Below are positions 16,827 through 24,068 of a stretch of 24,068 bases of DNA, one piece after another. Location of the stretch: positions 1 through 24,068 of the IMG/VR virus record IMGVR_UViG_3300007778_000034. The stretch is one strand, 5' to 3'. Below the pieces are notes generated by a model that saw only the letters and a list, made by a program, of their open reading frames with translations, searched no databases and was not told where the DNA came from. How positions within the stretch are numbered: position 1 is the stretch's first letter; the number at the start of each line of letters is the position of its first letter. Position numbers and translations under genes: made by a program. The stretch is from a virus. Taxonomy: Duplodnaviria > Caudoviricetes.

Positions 16827-17354
16827 TTATTTCTTTCTTGCACGCTGTCTCGCTATTTTATATAATTGCTCAGCTGACACTCTACCTTTAGTAAAGGTCT
16901 CAGCTCTTAGTTTGGCTGCATTTTTTAATTCGAAGGGAGGAATGATTACGCCTTTCTTCGAAATGCGCTTATTGATATATAAGCGTATGCATGGCGCATA
17001 GCCAAATTTCTTAAGCAATGGTTTAAATTCTTCGTATGAAAATTGTAAAGGTTTGTTCTTTTCAATATTCTTCTTGTTCTTTTTAAGAATAATATCTATT
17101 AGTTGCGTCCGCATTCTCACTGGTAACCAATGAAAGTTTAAACCCAATGTGTATCCACGAGATTTGCGTAAAACTAGAACTAATGGTGTACGGTCAAATG
17201 TCTCTTCTTTGTTCTTTGCATTGTACGAATACATCAACAATGTACCCGGCTTTAAGTCAGAAACACTGAGAGCCTTTGATTTATGAAAGATCAATTCCTT
17301 CACCATTGCGATAGATTCTTTTGGTGAAAGTTCTTTTTCTTTTTTCTTAGCCAT
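16827..17354 (-). CDS. gp2: DNA end protector protein (T4 gp2-like)
   Basis: Basic protein with PGTLLMYSYNAK..FDRTPLV..GLNFHWLP..R..PCIRLY. Confidence 0.85.
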   Translation of the reverse strand: MAKKKEKELSPKESIAMVKELIFHKSKALSVSDLKPGTLLMYSYNAKNKEETFDRTPLVLVLRKSRGYTLGLNFHWLPVRMRTQLIDIILKKNKKNIEKNKPLQFSYEEFKPLLKKFGYAPCIRLYINKRISKKGVIIPPFELKNAAKLRAETFTKGRVSAEQLYKIARQRARKK

Positions 17355-17370
17355 TAGGTCAACTTTATCG

Positions 17371-17395
17371 ATAAATCCCCCGGTGAAGGGGGATT
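17371..17395 (-). terminator. Stem-loop after the tail tube gene (weak terminator or attenuator)
   Basis: AATCCCCC-N6-GGGGGATT with only a short T-tract. Confidence 0.55.
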
Positions 17396-17407
17396 ATTTC
17401 AATTAAA

Positions 17408-17989
17408 TTATTCAGCTACGTCGTTCAACGTTGCTGCGTTACCAGCTTCAGGCGTGTTAAACTCGCCATCGCCAACTACCCAATCAGTGAATGAGAATGT
17501 AACATCAAATTCCTGAATTGTATCAGCAGTGTCGTCACCTACAGCCAATTCACCAACACCTTCAACGAATACGTTGTGGAAAGTGTATTTAGCTGTTGGG
17601 TTGCCAGCTGAATCTAACTGTTCAACCGATAGTTCACCCATTAACGCAGTAGGATTACCTGAATGAGAGTTATTCTGGAAGTGGTCTGCCGCTCTCATCC
17701 ATGCAATCATATCTTTACGTAGTGCGTGATCTTCTGTATTGTAAAAAGTTAATGTCCAAGCATTTTCGTATGCAGTGTCACCAGGGATGATAAGCTTACG
17801 ACCTTGATTAAAAACTTCGATTTTTCCAAGCGTCATTGCTGGGAAGTTTGCAGCTTTACAAAGTGCGTCGACATTTTGTAAATTAGAACTTGTTGCTACG
17901 GCTGCAGGAACAGAGAAGTTAACTCTGTATTTATTTGCACGAGCACCAGATCCTAAGGCACTTTTTAGCTCTGCTAGTTTATTTGCCAT
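17408..17989 (-). CDS. gp19: Tail tube protein (gp19-like, probably the major one)
   Basis: GARANKY, CKAANFP, QGRKLIIPGDTAYENAWTLTFYN, VEQLD and EFDVTF. Has its own late promoter. Confidence 0.9.
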   Translation of the reverse strand: MANKLAELKSALGSGARANKYRVNFSVPAAVATSSNLQNVDALCKAANFPAMTLGKIEVFNQGRKLIIPGDTAYENAWTLTFYNTEDHALRKDMIAWMRAADHFQNNSHSGNPTALMGELSVEQLDSAGNPTAKYTFHNVFVEGVGELAVGDDTADTIQEFDVTFSFTDWVVGDGEFNTPEAGNAATLNDVAE

Positions 17990-18036
17990 TGTTTTTGTCT
18001 CCTATAATAATTTTTTTAATATTTTGTGCTTTCTTT

Positions 18037-18044
18037 TATTTATA
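18037..18044 (-). promoter_or_regulatory. T4-type late promoter (gp19)
   Basis: TATAAATA on the minus strand. Confidence 0.8.
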
Positions 18045-18800
18045 TTAATCAAATAATGATTCAATACCATTTAGAACTTCTACACCAGTATCTCCAATAA
18101 TAGCATCTGCTACTTGTCCAAGAATAGAACGGTTTTCTAAGGGAATAAACTCACTAAAAGTAAAGGTTACACTGAATTCTGATAAAGTGTTTTCATCGCC
18201 ATCTTCTAGTGTAACAATGCCCAATGCGCTCGGGAATGCGTTCTGTAATTTATAGCCATAAACCTTCTCGCCTCTACCGCTGAGCTGCCAGATGTTAATG
18301 TCTGTTTGATACTTTACTGATGTTGCACCATTACCCTCGTCAATAAACCCTAAAAAGAAATCAGCGATCTGCTGAGGGTTCTCTATAGCATTTTTAACAG
18401 TATTTGCAACATCGACTGCTGATCCTATTGTGTCAAGTACATCACCCAATCCACTTTCGAAAGATCCACCAAGCAGACCTTCAGACGGTGGTTTAGTATT
18501 ATCGACATTTTTCAGCCATTTATCGAATACTTGGCGAACTTGCATACTTGAGTCATCAACAATCGATACTTCATATGTTCCAACATAATCGGTTTCTCCT
18601 CTTACGTTGTATTTTCTTCCTTTATGCCAAAGTGTCGTCGTAGTAATGTTTCGTTCCGGCAATCCTGCACTTCTACATAAAATGTTTAAAGTTCTTCCCT
18701 CAATCCCTGGTACAGGAATTTCAATAAGATACTTATTTTTTCTAAGGCCTAATCCTGGCCCTAAATGTTTCTTTAAATCTGTTATAGTAAAATTAGCCAT
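18045..18800 (-). CDS. gp19/gp54-fold tail tube paralog with an internal insertion
   Basis: LRKNKY, CRSAGLP, KGRKYNVRGETDY, NAFPS and EFSVTF. Confidence 0.8.
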   Translation of the reverse strand: MANFTITDLKKHLGPGLGLRKNKYLIEIPVPGIEGRTLNILCRSAGLPERNITTTTLWHKGRKYNVRGETDYVGTYEVSIVDDSSMQVRQVFDKWLKNVDNTKPPSEGLLGGSFESGLGDVLDTIGSAVDVANTVKNAIENPQQIADFFLGFIDEGNGATSVKYQTDINIWQLSGRGEKVYGYKLQNAFPSALGIVTLEDGDENTLSEFSVTFTFSEFIPLENRSILGQVADAIIGDTGVEVLNGIESLFD

Positions 18801-18810
18801 TTACTGCTCC

Positions 18811-19578
18811 TTAAAACCAATCATCAATACTGTCTGCCATATCATCTATGCTTAGAGTGAACTGTTTTTCTAACTCTTTTGCACTCTTAGTAATATCATC
18901 TAAAATATTTCCGTTATCAAAGAAATCTGATACAGATGATTTAACTTCACTGATTGCGCTAGATACTCCAGATTTAAATTTGTCTACTAAATCGTCAACA
19001 AAGTTTCCATTTGGTCCTTTTACAACAAATGATTGATAGTGGCTATACGCAAAAGTAACAGTGAATTCAGTAATAGTTCCAACAGATTCTGCATCTAGTG
19101 TAACAGATGATACCGCAGTTGGAAATGCATTGTACAGTACATACGTAGATGTGTCTTGTGTACCTTCAAAGTTCTTTTGATACACCATCATATTTGTTAC
19201 GTAGGATCCTTCATTGCCCTTCTGCGTGTCACTCAATTTGGGAATAGATTCTTTGTAAAAATAATTGTGTTGTTGGTCAATAGATTCAATCCACGTCTCG
19301 AATACATTTTTGAGAACATGGTCTTGTGTCAAGTAAAAAGTACATTCCCATGTTTGTTCAAATTTCGTCTGCCCCTTAATAGGAATTGATCGTCCTTTGT
19401 ACTTAAGGTCTATAATATCATGGCTTTTCCCAGGGAAGGACGTTGCTTTTGCCATGAATGCTAGGGCTTCTGCATCATTGTACAGATCATTATTAAAGGC
19501 AATATTTACGTCAAACTTTGAAGCTCGCGCACCATCACCGAGTATATGATCAAACTTGTTCTGAATTAATGTAGCCAT
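18811..19578 (-). CDS. gp19/gp54-fold tail tube paralog
   Basis: GARASKF, KATSFPG, KGRSIPIKGQTKF, NAFPT and EFTVTFAY, plus a helical C-terminal extension. Confidence 0.8.
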   Translation of the reverse strand: MATLIQNKFDHILGDGARASKFDVNIAFNNDLYNDAEALAFMAKATSFPGKSHDIIDLKYKGRSIPIKGQTKFEQTWECTFYLTQDHVLKNVFETWIESIDQQHNYFYKESIPKLSDTQKGNEGSYVTNMMVYQKNFEGTQDTSTYVLYNAFPTAVSSVTLDAESVGTITEFTVTFAYSHYQSFVVKGPNGNFVDDLVDKFKSGVSSAISEVKSSVSDFFDNGNILDDITKSAKELEKQFTLSIDDMADSIDDWF

Positions 19579-19608
19579 GAGTACCTTCTTTTTGAATCTA
19601 TATTGGTT

Positions 19609-19622
19609 TATTTATATAAATA
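19609..19622. promoter_or_regulatory. Overlapping divergent late promoters
   Basis: The palindrome TATTTATATAAATA gives TATAAATA on both strands. Confidence 0.8.
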
Positions 19623-19647
19623 TTGTTAAATAATTAAGGAGATCTAA

Positions 19648-20178
19648 ATGAAATTTGTTGATGGCTTACAGAAGGCGTATCAAAAGCGTTGGTCGTATAT
19701 CAATACGTTTAGAGTTCGCTTTAATTTCGACAATACGCCAAAACTTAAGCAAGCCGCTAATTGGAATGAAAATGAAGAGGGCGAAGACATCAACCTGCAC
19801 ATCGTTAGCATAGACACGCCTCAATTCACGAATCAGCCAATTGAAGTATTCGTTGCTAATAAGTGGGTTATTCATAACGGGCGAGACGAATTATATCGTT
19901 TTTCTGTTACATTTAGGGACCATAATCGTATGGATCTATATAGAAAATTTGTAACAATGTATAATGTGACAAAGGATCAATATCCAGACAATGCCAAATT
20001 TGGTGTTGAGATTTACAAGGATGGCGATTATTATTCAGAAGGTGAAAAGCTTCTATTTTATTTTGACGAAACAATGATTGAAGCTGTGTCGCAATTACAA
20101 TTTAATAATACAACAGAAAACCAGATTGCGGAATTTACAGTAAACTTTAAAACAACAAAACCTTACTTAAACGCGTAA
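19648..20178 (+). CDS. Divergent tube-fold protein (gp19/gp54/gp48-like)
   Basis: NTFRV..SIDTPQF..FSVTFRD..VSQLQF..IAEFTVNF follows the same motif order as the tube paralogs. Confidence 0.6.
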   Translation: MKFVDGLQKAYQKRWSYINTFRVRFNFDNTPKLKQAANWNENEEGEDINLHIVSIDTPQFTNQPIEVFVANKWVIHNGRDELYRFSVTFRDHNRMDLYRKFVTMYNVTKDQYPDNAKFGVEIYKDGDYYSEGEKLLFYFDETMIEAVSQLQFNNTTENQIAEFTVNFKTTKPYLNA

Positions 20179-20203
20179 ATGAAAAATAATAAAGGATAGA
20201 TAA

Positions 20204-20869
20204 ATGTACGATTATACATTAACGTTAAGAGACAGAAAACTTAAATTTAGAAAATGGAAAGTAAAGGATAAAAATAAATTTCTTGAAGCTACAAGAAACA
20301 ACGATAAAGCATTAATAAAAGAATCTTTGGTTTATGATTGCTTGGAAAAAAGCGATATAGCTTTATCTGAATCTGAGTTTAAGTATGTGCTAGTAAAAAT
20401 TAGGCAAGCGTCTATTGGCGATACTGCAAGTTATAATTTACAGTGTAGTGGGTGTGATCAAGAATTTGTTTTTGAATCTAATTTAGACATTATCGTTAAA
20501 CCTAGTTTTGAGAAATACGGCACAATAAAATATAATAATGTCTCAGTAAAAATGGGCAATATTGCTAATAAAAAATATTATGACGAAATAATTGATGCAG
20601 CAGAAACGAAAGAACAAGTCGCTTTAATGAATTTCTTAATGCATATAAAAGAATTAAATGACAGTGATGCCTTTTCGTTCGATCAGTTAATAGATTTCTT
20701 TAACGAACTTGAAATTGATACTGCTGAAGGAATTTTTAATCAGTGGGATAAAATGCAGTTCACCTTAGACATATTGCATGACGTTGAATGCCCTAATTGT
20801 GGATATTTAGAAACTTACGAGTTTGATTTTTTACCGGGTTTCTTTCCGGAAAATTGGTTCAAGGGTTAA
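20204..20869 (+). CDS. Baseplate hub subunit (gp26-like)
   Basis: KFRKWKVKD, KIRQASIGD, two CxxC pairs and a terminal FF. Confidence 0.75.
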   Translation: MYDYTLTLRDRKLKFRKWKVKDKNKFLEATRNNDKALIKESLVYDCLEKSDIALSESEFKYVLVKIRQASIGDTASYNLQCSGCDQEFVFESNLDIIVKPSFEKYGTIKYNNVSVKMGNIANKKYYDEIIDAAETKEQVALMNFLMHIKELNDSDAFSFDQLIDFFNELEIDTAEGIFNQWDKMQFTLDILHDVECPNCGYLETYEFDFLPGFFPENWFKG

Positions 20870-20872
20870 AAC

Positions 20873-21553
20873 ATGAAGGTGAAATACGAATATAGTGGTA
20901 AAACATTTTTTATTACGCCTTATAAAACAGACATTGAAAAAGATATTTTAGTTTCAATGCATTTAGAAGCAGCGACATATGATTCTGTTTTAGATTTACT
21001 CGGCGTTGATGAAGATACGATTGATTCACTAACGACACCTGAGAAAATTGCTATGCTATACAAATATAGAGCAGTATCTGTTGGGGAAACGATTCCGTTA
21101 AAATATTCGTGTATTCACTGTAAGCATCCAAATGATGCACAAATAGAAATAGATAATATCGTTAAAAGTAGTGATATCAACGACGATAAAATAAAAGATG
21201 CGTTTAAAATACCTACACAACTAAACATCCAAGAATTTCTTAATGTTGATGTAGATGAACTAGATTTTGATGAATATGAAAATATTTTAGAAAATGTTAG
21301 AAACTGCGTAACACGATTTGATTTTATTAAAACAACTAAGTGTATTAAGTGCAGGAAAGAAAACAAAATTGATATTACACAAAATGTAATAGACAATATG
21401 AGTGAAGATTCACTTGTTAGTATGTATCAAACGTATAATGATTTAACATTCTTTGGAAAATATAGTAAACGAGATATTGATACATTGTATCCGTTTGAAA
21501 GAGCAATATTAATTGGTCTACTGAATAAAACAAGAGAGGATCTTGCTAAATGA
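20873..21553 (+). CDS. Baseplate hub protein with gp26-like N part and gp51-like C part
   Basis: PYKTDIEK, YRAVSVGE and two CxxC pairs. C-terminal YSKRDIDTLYPFERAILIGLL resembles gp51. Confidence 0.7.
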   Translation: MKVKYEYSGKTFFITPYKTDIEKDILVSMHLEAATYDSVLDLLGVDEDTIDSLTTPEKIAMLYKYRAVSVGETIPLKYSCIHCKHPNDAQIEIDNIVKSSDINDDKIKDAFKIPTQLNIQEFLNVDVDELDFDEYENILENVRNCVTRFDFIKTTKCIKCRKENKIDITQNVIDNMSEDSLVSMYQTYNDLTFFGKYSKRDIDTLYPFERAILIGLLNKTREDLAK

Positions 21554-23985
21554 AGCAAAACGACAAATTTAATGAAAAAATAAATTACGATACTGCAACT
21601 GACACTAAAATTCAAGAAGTTAATGAAAAATTAGTCCAGTATATGGAAAAAACTGGAGAAGATGTTGCGGCTGAGCAAATCCAGAAACTTGTTGAGAATC
21701 AATCAAAGGGTGTCGCTGAGAAGTCTAAACCAAGTCCTTACACCGAAAAAATTCTTAAGGTTAATCAGAAAATTTTAGGTGTTCTTAAAGACATTTATGA
21801 GGCGATGTATGACGAACAAGATACTAAGATACGTATGCCCGAGAGAAGTAATGGTAAAGGTTCTCTTAAAATAGTATCTGAACAAGAAACAACGAAAGAA
21901 AAGCCCGTTACTTCAAATGGTTTTGATTTTGGTTTAGATCCTACCGATTTAGTCAAAAAACGCAAAATAAGATCAGACAAAGGTACAAAAAGAACACCAA
22001 AACCTAAGACTACGCCTAAACGTGTTCCGTTAGATCAACGATCTGCAGCAGAACAAGCTAAGCGTGATGCGAAAGCTAAAAAATTAAAGGCTGAGCGTGC
22101 AGCTAAGGCAGCGCAACGTAAGGCCGCAGAAAAAGCAGCTAAGGAAGCTTCTGAACGTGCTGCTAGAGAAGCAGCCAAAAAGGCTGCTAAGGAAGCATCG
22201 GAGAAAGCGGCTAAAGAAGCGTCTGAACGTGCTGCCAAAGAAGCTTCAGAAAAAGCAGCTAAGGAAGCATCCGAAAAAGCTGCCAAAGAAGCATCTAAGA
22301 AAGCCGCTAAGGAAGCGGCTGAGGCAGGTACAAAAAAACTTGCAACTAATGCAGGTGCAACAGTGGCAAAGAAAGCTGCTCTAGGTGCTGGTAAAAGAGG
22401 TGCTGCATTAGCGTTGGCCGGAATTCCAGTTGTTGGTCAAATTGCCGCTATAGGTGCGTCTCTTGGATTTGCGGCTTATGACGCATACCAGGGTTTTAAT
22501 AACGCCGGAGAAATGTTAGGCATTGACGAAAAAGATTTAACACTAGCAGATAAGTTCGCGGCTGGAGCGGGCGGGGTCGTAAGCGGTCTAACGTTTGGTT
22601 TAGTTGATGGTGGCGAAACAGCAAAAGGACTTCGAAATTTAACTAATAATACGGATATTGAAAAATTTGAAAACCTCGGTATCATAGATCACGATACGTT
22701 TGGTATGTCAGAAGTAGAAGATTGGGCACAATTATCGCAACTTTCACCAGAAGACATACAAAAAATCATTGATATTGATGATTGGAGACAAAGAGATCTC
22801 GAAAGAATGAAAGAGATGTTAGATTTGGCAATCCAACGAGATGCTGCATTTGGAACAGTTGAAGAAAGAGCTAAGAAAGAAAAGGCAGAGCAAGATCTTA
22901 AACAAGCCAATTATGAGGCAGATGAAATTACGGAAGCGATGAAAGCTAACATCGAAGTTATTAAACAAATGCAAAAACAATATGATTTGGCTAAAGAATC
23001 TGGTAACGAAAAATCAATGCAGCAATTCCTTAATATCATTAACGAAAAAAGTTCTGTTATTACTGAACTTGCTGTAAGGATGGAAACTGTTAAGATTAAA
23101 CAACAGGAACTTAAAACACAAATAAAATCTAATACATCTAATCCAACAGCAGCAAAACCTGTAAATGGCATAAATGGTACAAATGGCATAAATGGTACAA
23201 ATGGTACAAATGGCATAAATGGCAGTATGCCTACATTTAATGGTGTAAATGGATTTAACGGAGATTCTTTAGTCGAATACATTAAGAAAAATGAAGGTTT
23301 GCGTTTACAACCGTATAATGATTCACTCGGTTATCCAACAATTGGATACGGCCATTTAATACTTCCAGATGAAAAACATTTAATGAATGGTATCACTAAA
23401 GAACAAGCTGATGCGTTATTTGCACAGGATTATATTGAACATGTTAAAGCCGCTGAGAAAATTCCAAGCTTTTCACAACATCCTAAAGAAATTCAAGCAG
23501 TATTAATTGATATGACATATAATATGGGTCCTACTTGGTATAAAAAATGGCCAAGCACAATGGCAGCATTGGAAGAGAAAGACTATGTCACTGTTGCAAA
23601 TAATATTCAAGGAAGTTTATACGCAAAACAAACTAAAGGTAGAGCACTTAATAATGCATCTATCATATACACAGCGGGTATCGCTGAAACACGAAAAACC
23701 GGCACTTACAGTGTAAGACCAATTTCAGAAGTAGCAGCAACTTCTGAAGAAACTACACAATCAACTTCTGAAAGTTCAAGCGCGGTTGCCCCAGCACTTG
23801 TCAATAAAGATATTAAAGAACAGACTGCAATGGCTAATTCACAATCACTAGTATCAAATACAAAAACATATGATACTGCGTCTCGGGTAACTGCCCAACC
23901 AACGGTTGCGGTGGGTATAAATAACAATAATAGCACAATCGCTGAATCACAAAATGAAGAACGATTGTTAAGCATGTTCTCATAA
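21550..23985 (+). CDS. Tape-measure/baseplate hub-like protein with a GH24 lysozyme domain
   Basis: Ala/Gly hydrophobic GIPVVGQI..GLTFGLV region, coiled coils, and IKKNEGLRLQPYNDSLGYPTIGYGH (E-D-T triad) with DMTYNMG. Confidence 0.8.
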   Translation: MKQNDKFNEKINYDTATDTKIQEVNEKLVQYMEKTGEDVAAEQIQKLVENQSKGVAEKSKPSPYTEKILKVNQKILGVLKDIYEAMYDEQDTKIRMPERSNGKGSLKIVSEQETTKEKPVTSNGFDFGLDPTDLVKKRKIRSDKGTKRTPKPKTTPKRVPLDQRSAAEQAKRDAKAKKLKAERAAKAAQRKAAEKAAKEASERAAREAAKKAAKEASEKAAKEASERAAKEASEKAAKEASEKAAKEASKKAAKEAAEAGTKKLATNAGATVAKKAALGAGKRGAALALAGIPVVGQIAAIGASLGFAAYDAYQGFNNAGEMLGIDEKDLTLADKFAAGAGGVVSGLTFGLVDGGETAKGLRNLTNNTDIEKFENLGIIDHDTFGMSEVEDWAQLSQLSPEDIQKIIDIDDWRQRDLERMKEMLDLAIQRDAAFGTVEERAKKEKAEQDLKQANYEADEITEAMKANIEVIKQMQKQYDLAKESGNEKSMQQFLNIINEKSSVITELAVRMETVKIKQQELKTQIKSNTSNPTAAKPVNGINGTNGINGTNGTNGINGSMPTFNGVNGFNGDSLVEYIKKNEGLRLQPYNDSLGYPTIGYGHLILPDEKHLMNGITKEQADALFAQDYIEHVKAAEKIPSFSQHPKEIQAVLIDMTYNMGPTWYKKWPSTMAALEEKDYVTVANNIQGSLYAKQTKGRALNNASIIYTAGIAETRKTGTYSVRPISEVAATSEETTQSTSESSSAVAPALVNKDIKEQTAMANSQSLVSNTKTYDTASRVTAQPTVAVGINNNNSTIAESQNEERLLSMFS
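22096..22323 (+). repeat. AAKEASE(K/R) 8-aa (24-nt) tandem coding repeat
   Basis: About 7-9 degenerate units with varied codons. Confidence 0.9.
23164..23223 (+). repeat. 9-nt tandem repeat encoding (NGI/NGT)n
   Basis: Alternating aatggcata and aatggtaca units, about 6.7 copies. Confidence 0.9.
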
Positions 23986-23995
23986 GGTTAATTAA

Positions 23996-24068
23996 ATGAA
24001 AATAGTATATCCTGAAAAGTTATCGGATCCGGTTTTTAAAAATAGATGTTTTACCATAAACATTATAC
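23996..24068 (+). CDS. 5' end of the next gene (possibly gp48-like tube cap), truncated
   Basis: SD AAGG, then MKIVYPEKLSDPVFKNRCFTINII open to the window end. The function guess rests only on the early YP motif and position. Confidence 0.45.
   Translation, partial: MKIVYPEKLSDPVFKNRCFTINII

Overview
This window is a 24-kb segment of a large T4-like myovirus genome. The right half is a virion module: gp23 major capsid, gp22 scaffold, gp21 protease, a small core protein, gp2 DNA end protector, four gp19/gp54-fold tube paralogs, two gp26/gp51-type baseplate hub proteins and a tape-measure-like protein with a GH24 lysozyme domain. From recall, the capsid resembles Campylobacter group III (Fletchervirus-type) phages. 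The left half is accessory: the end of a Cys/Gly-rich fibre-like gene and its companion, a GT9 glycosyltransferase plus NodU/CmcH carbamoyltransferase pair, a six-gene block of secreted and membrane proteins behind a T4 late promoter, a complete thymidylate cycle operon (folA-thyA-glyA), and small early genes separated by an exactly duplicated 45-bp early promoter. Three promoter classes are visible: T4 late TATAAATA, T4-early-like GTTTAC..TGnTAtAAT, and an unnamed TTAARTAA-N8-TATAAT class. The best candidate for an undescribed system is the late-expressed envelope module at about 4.0-9.6 kb. All family calls come from motif recognition; no searches were run.
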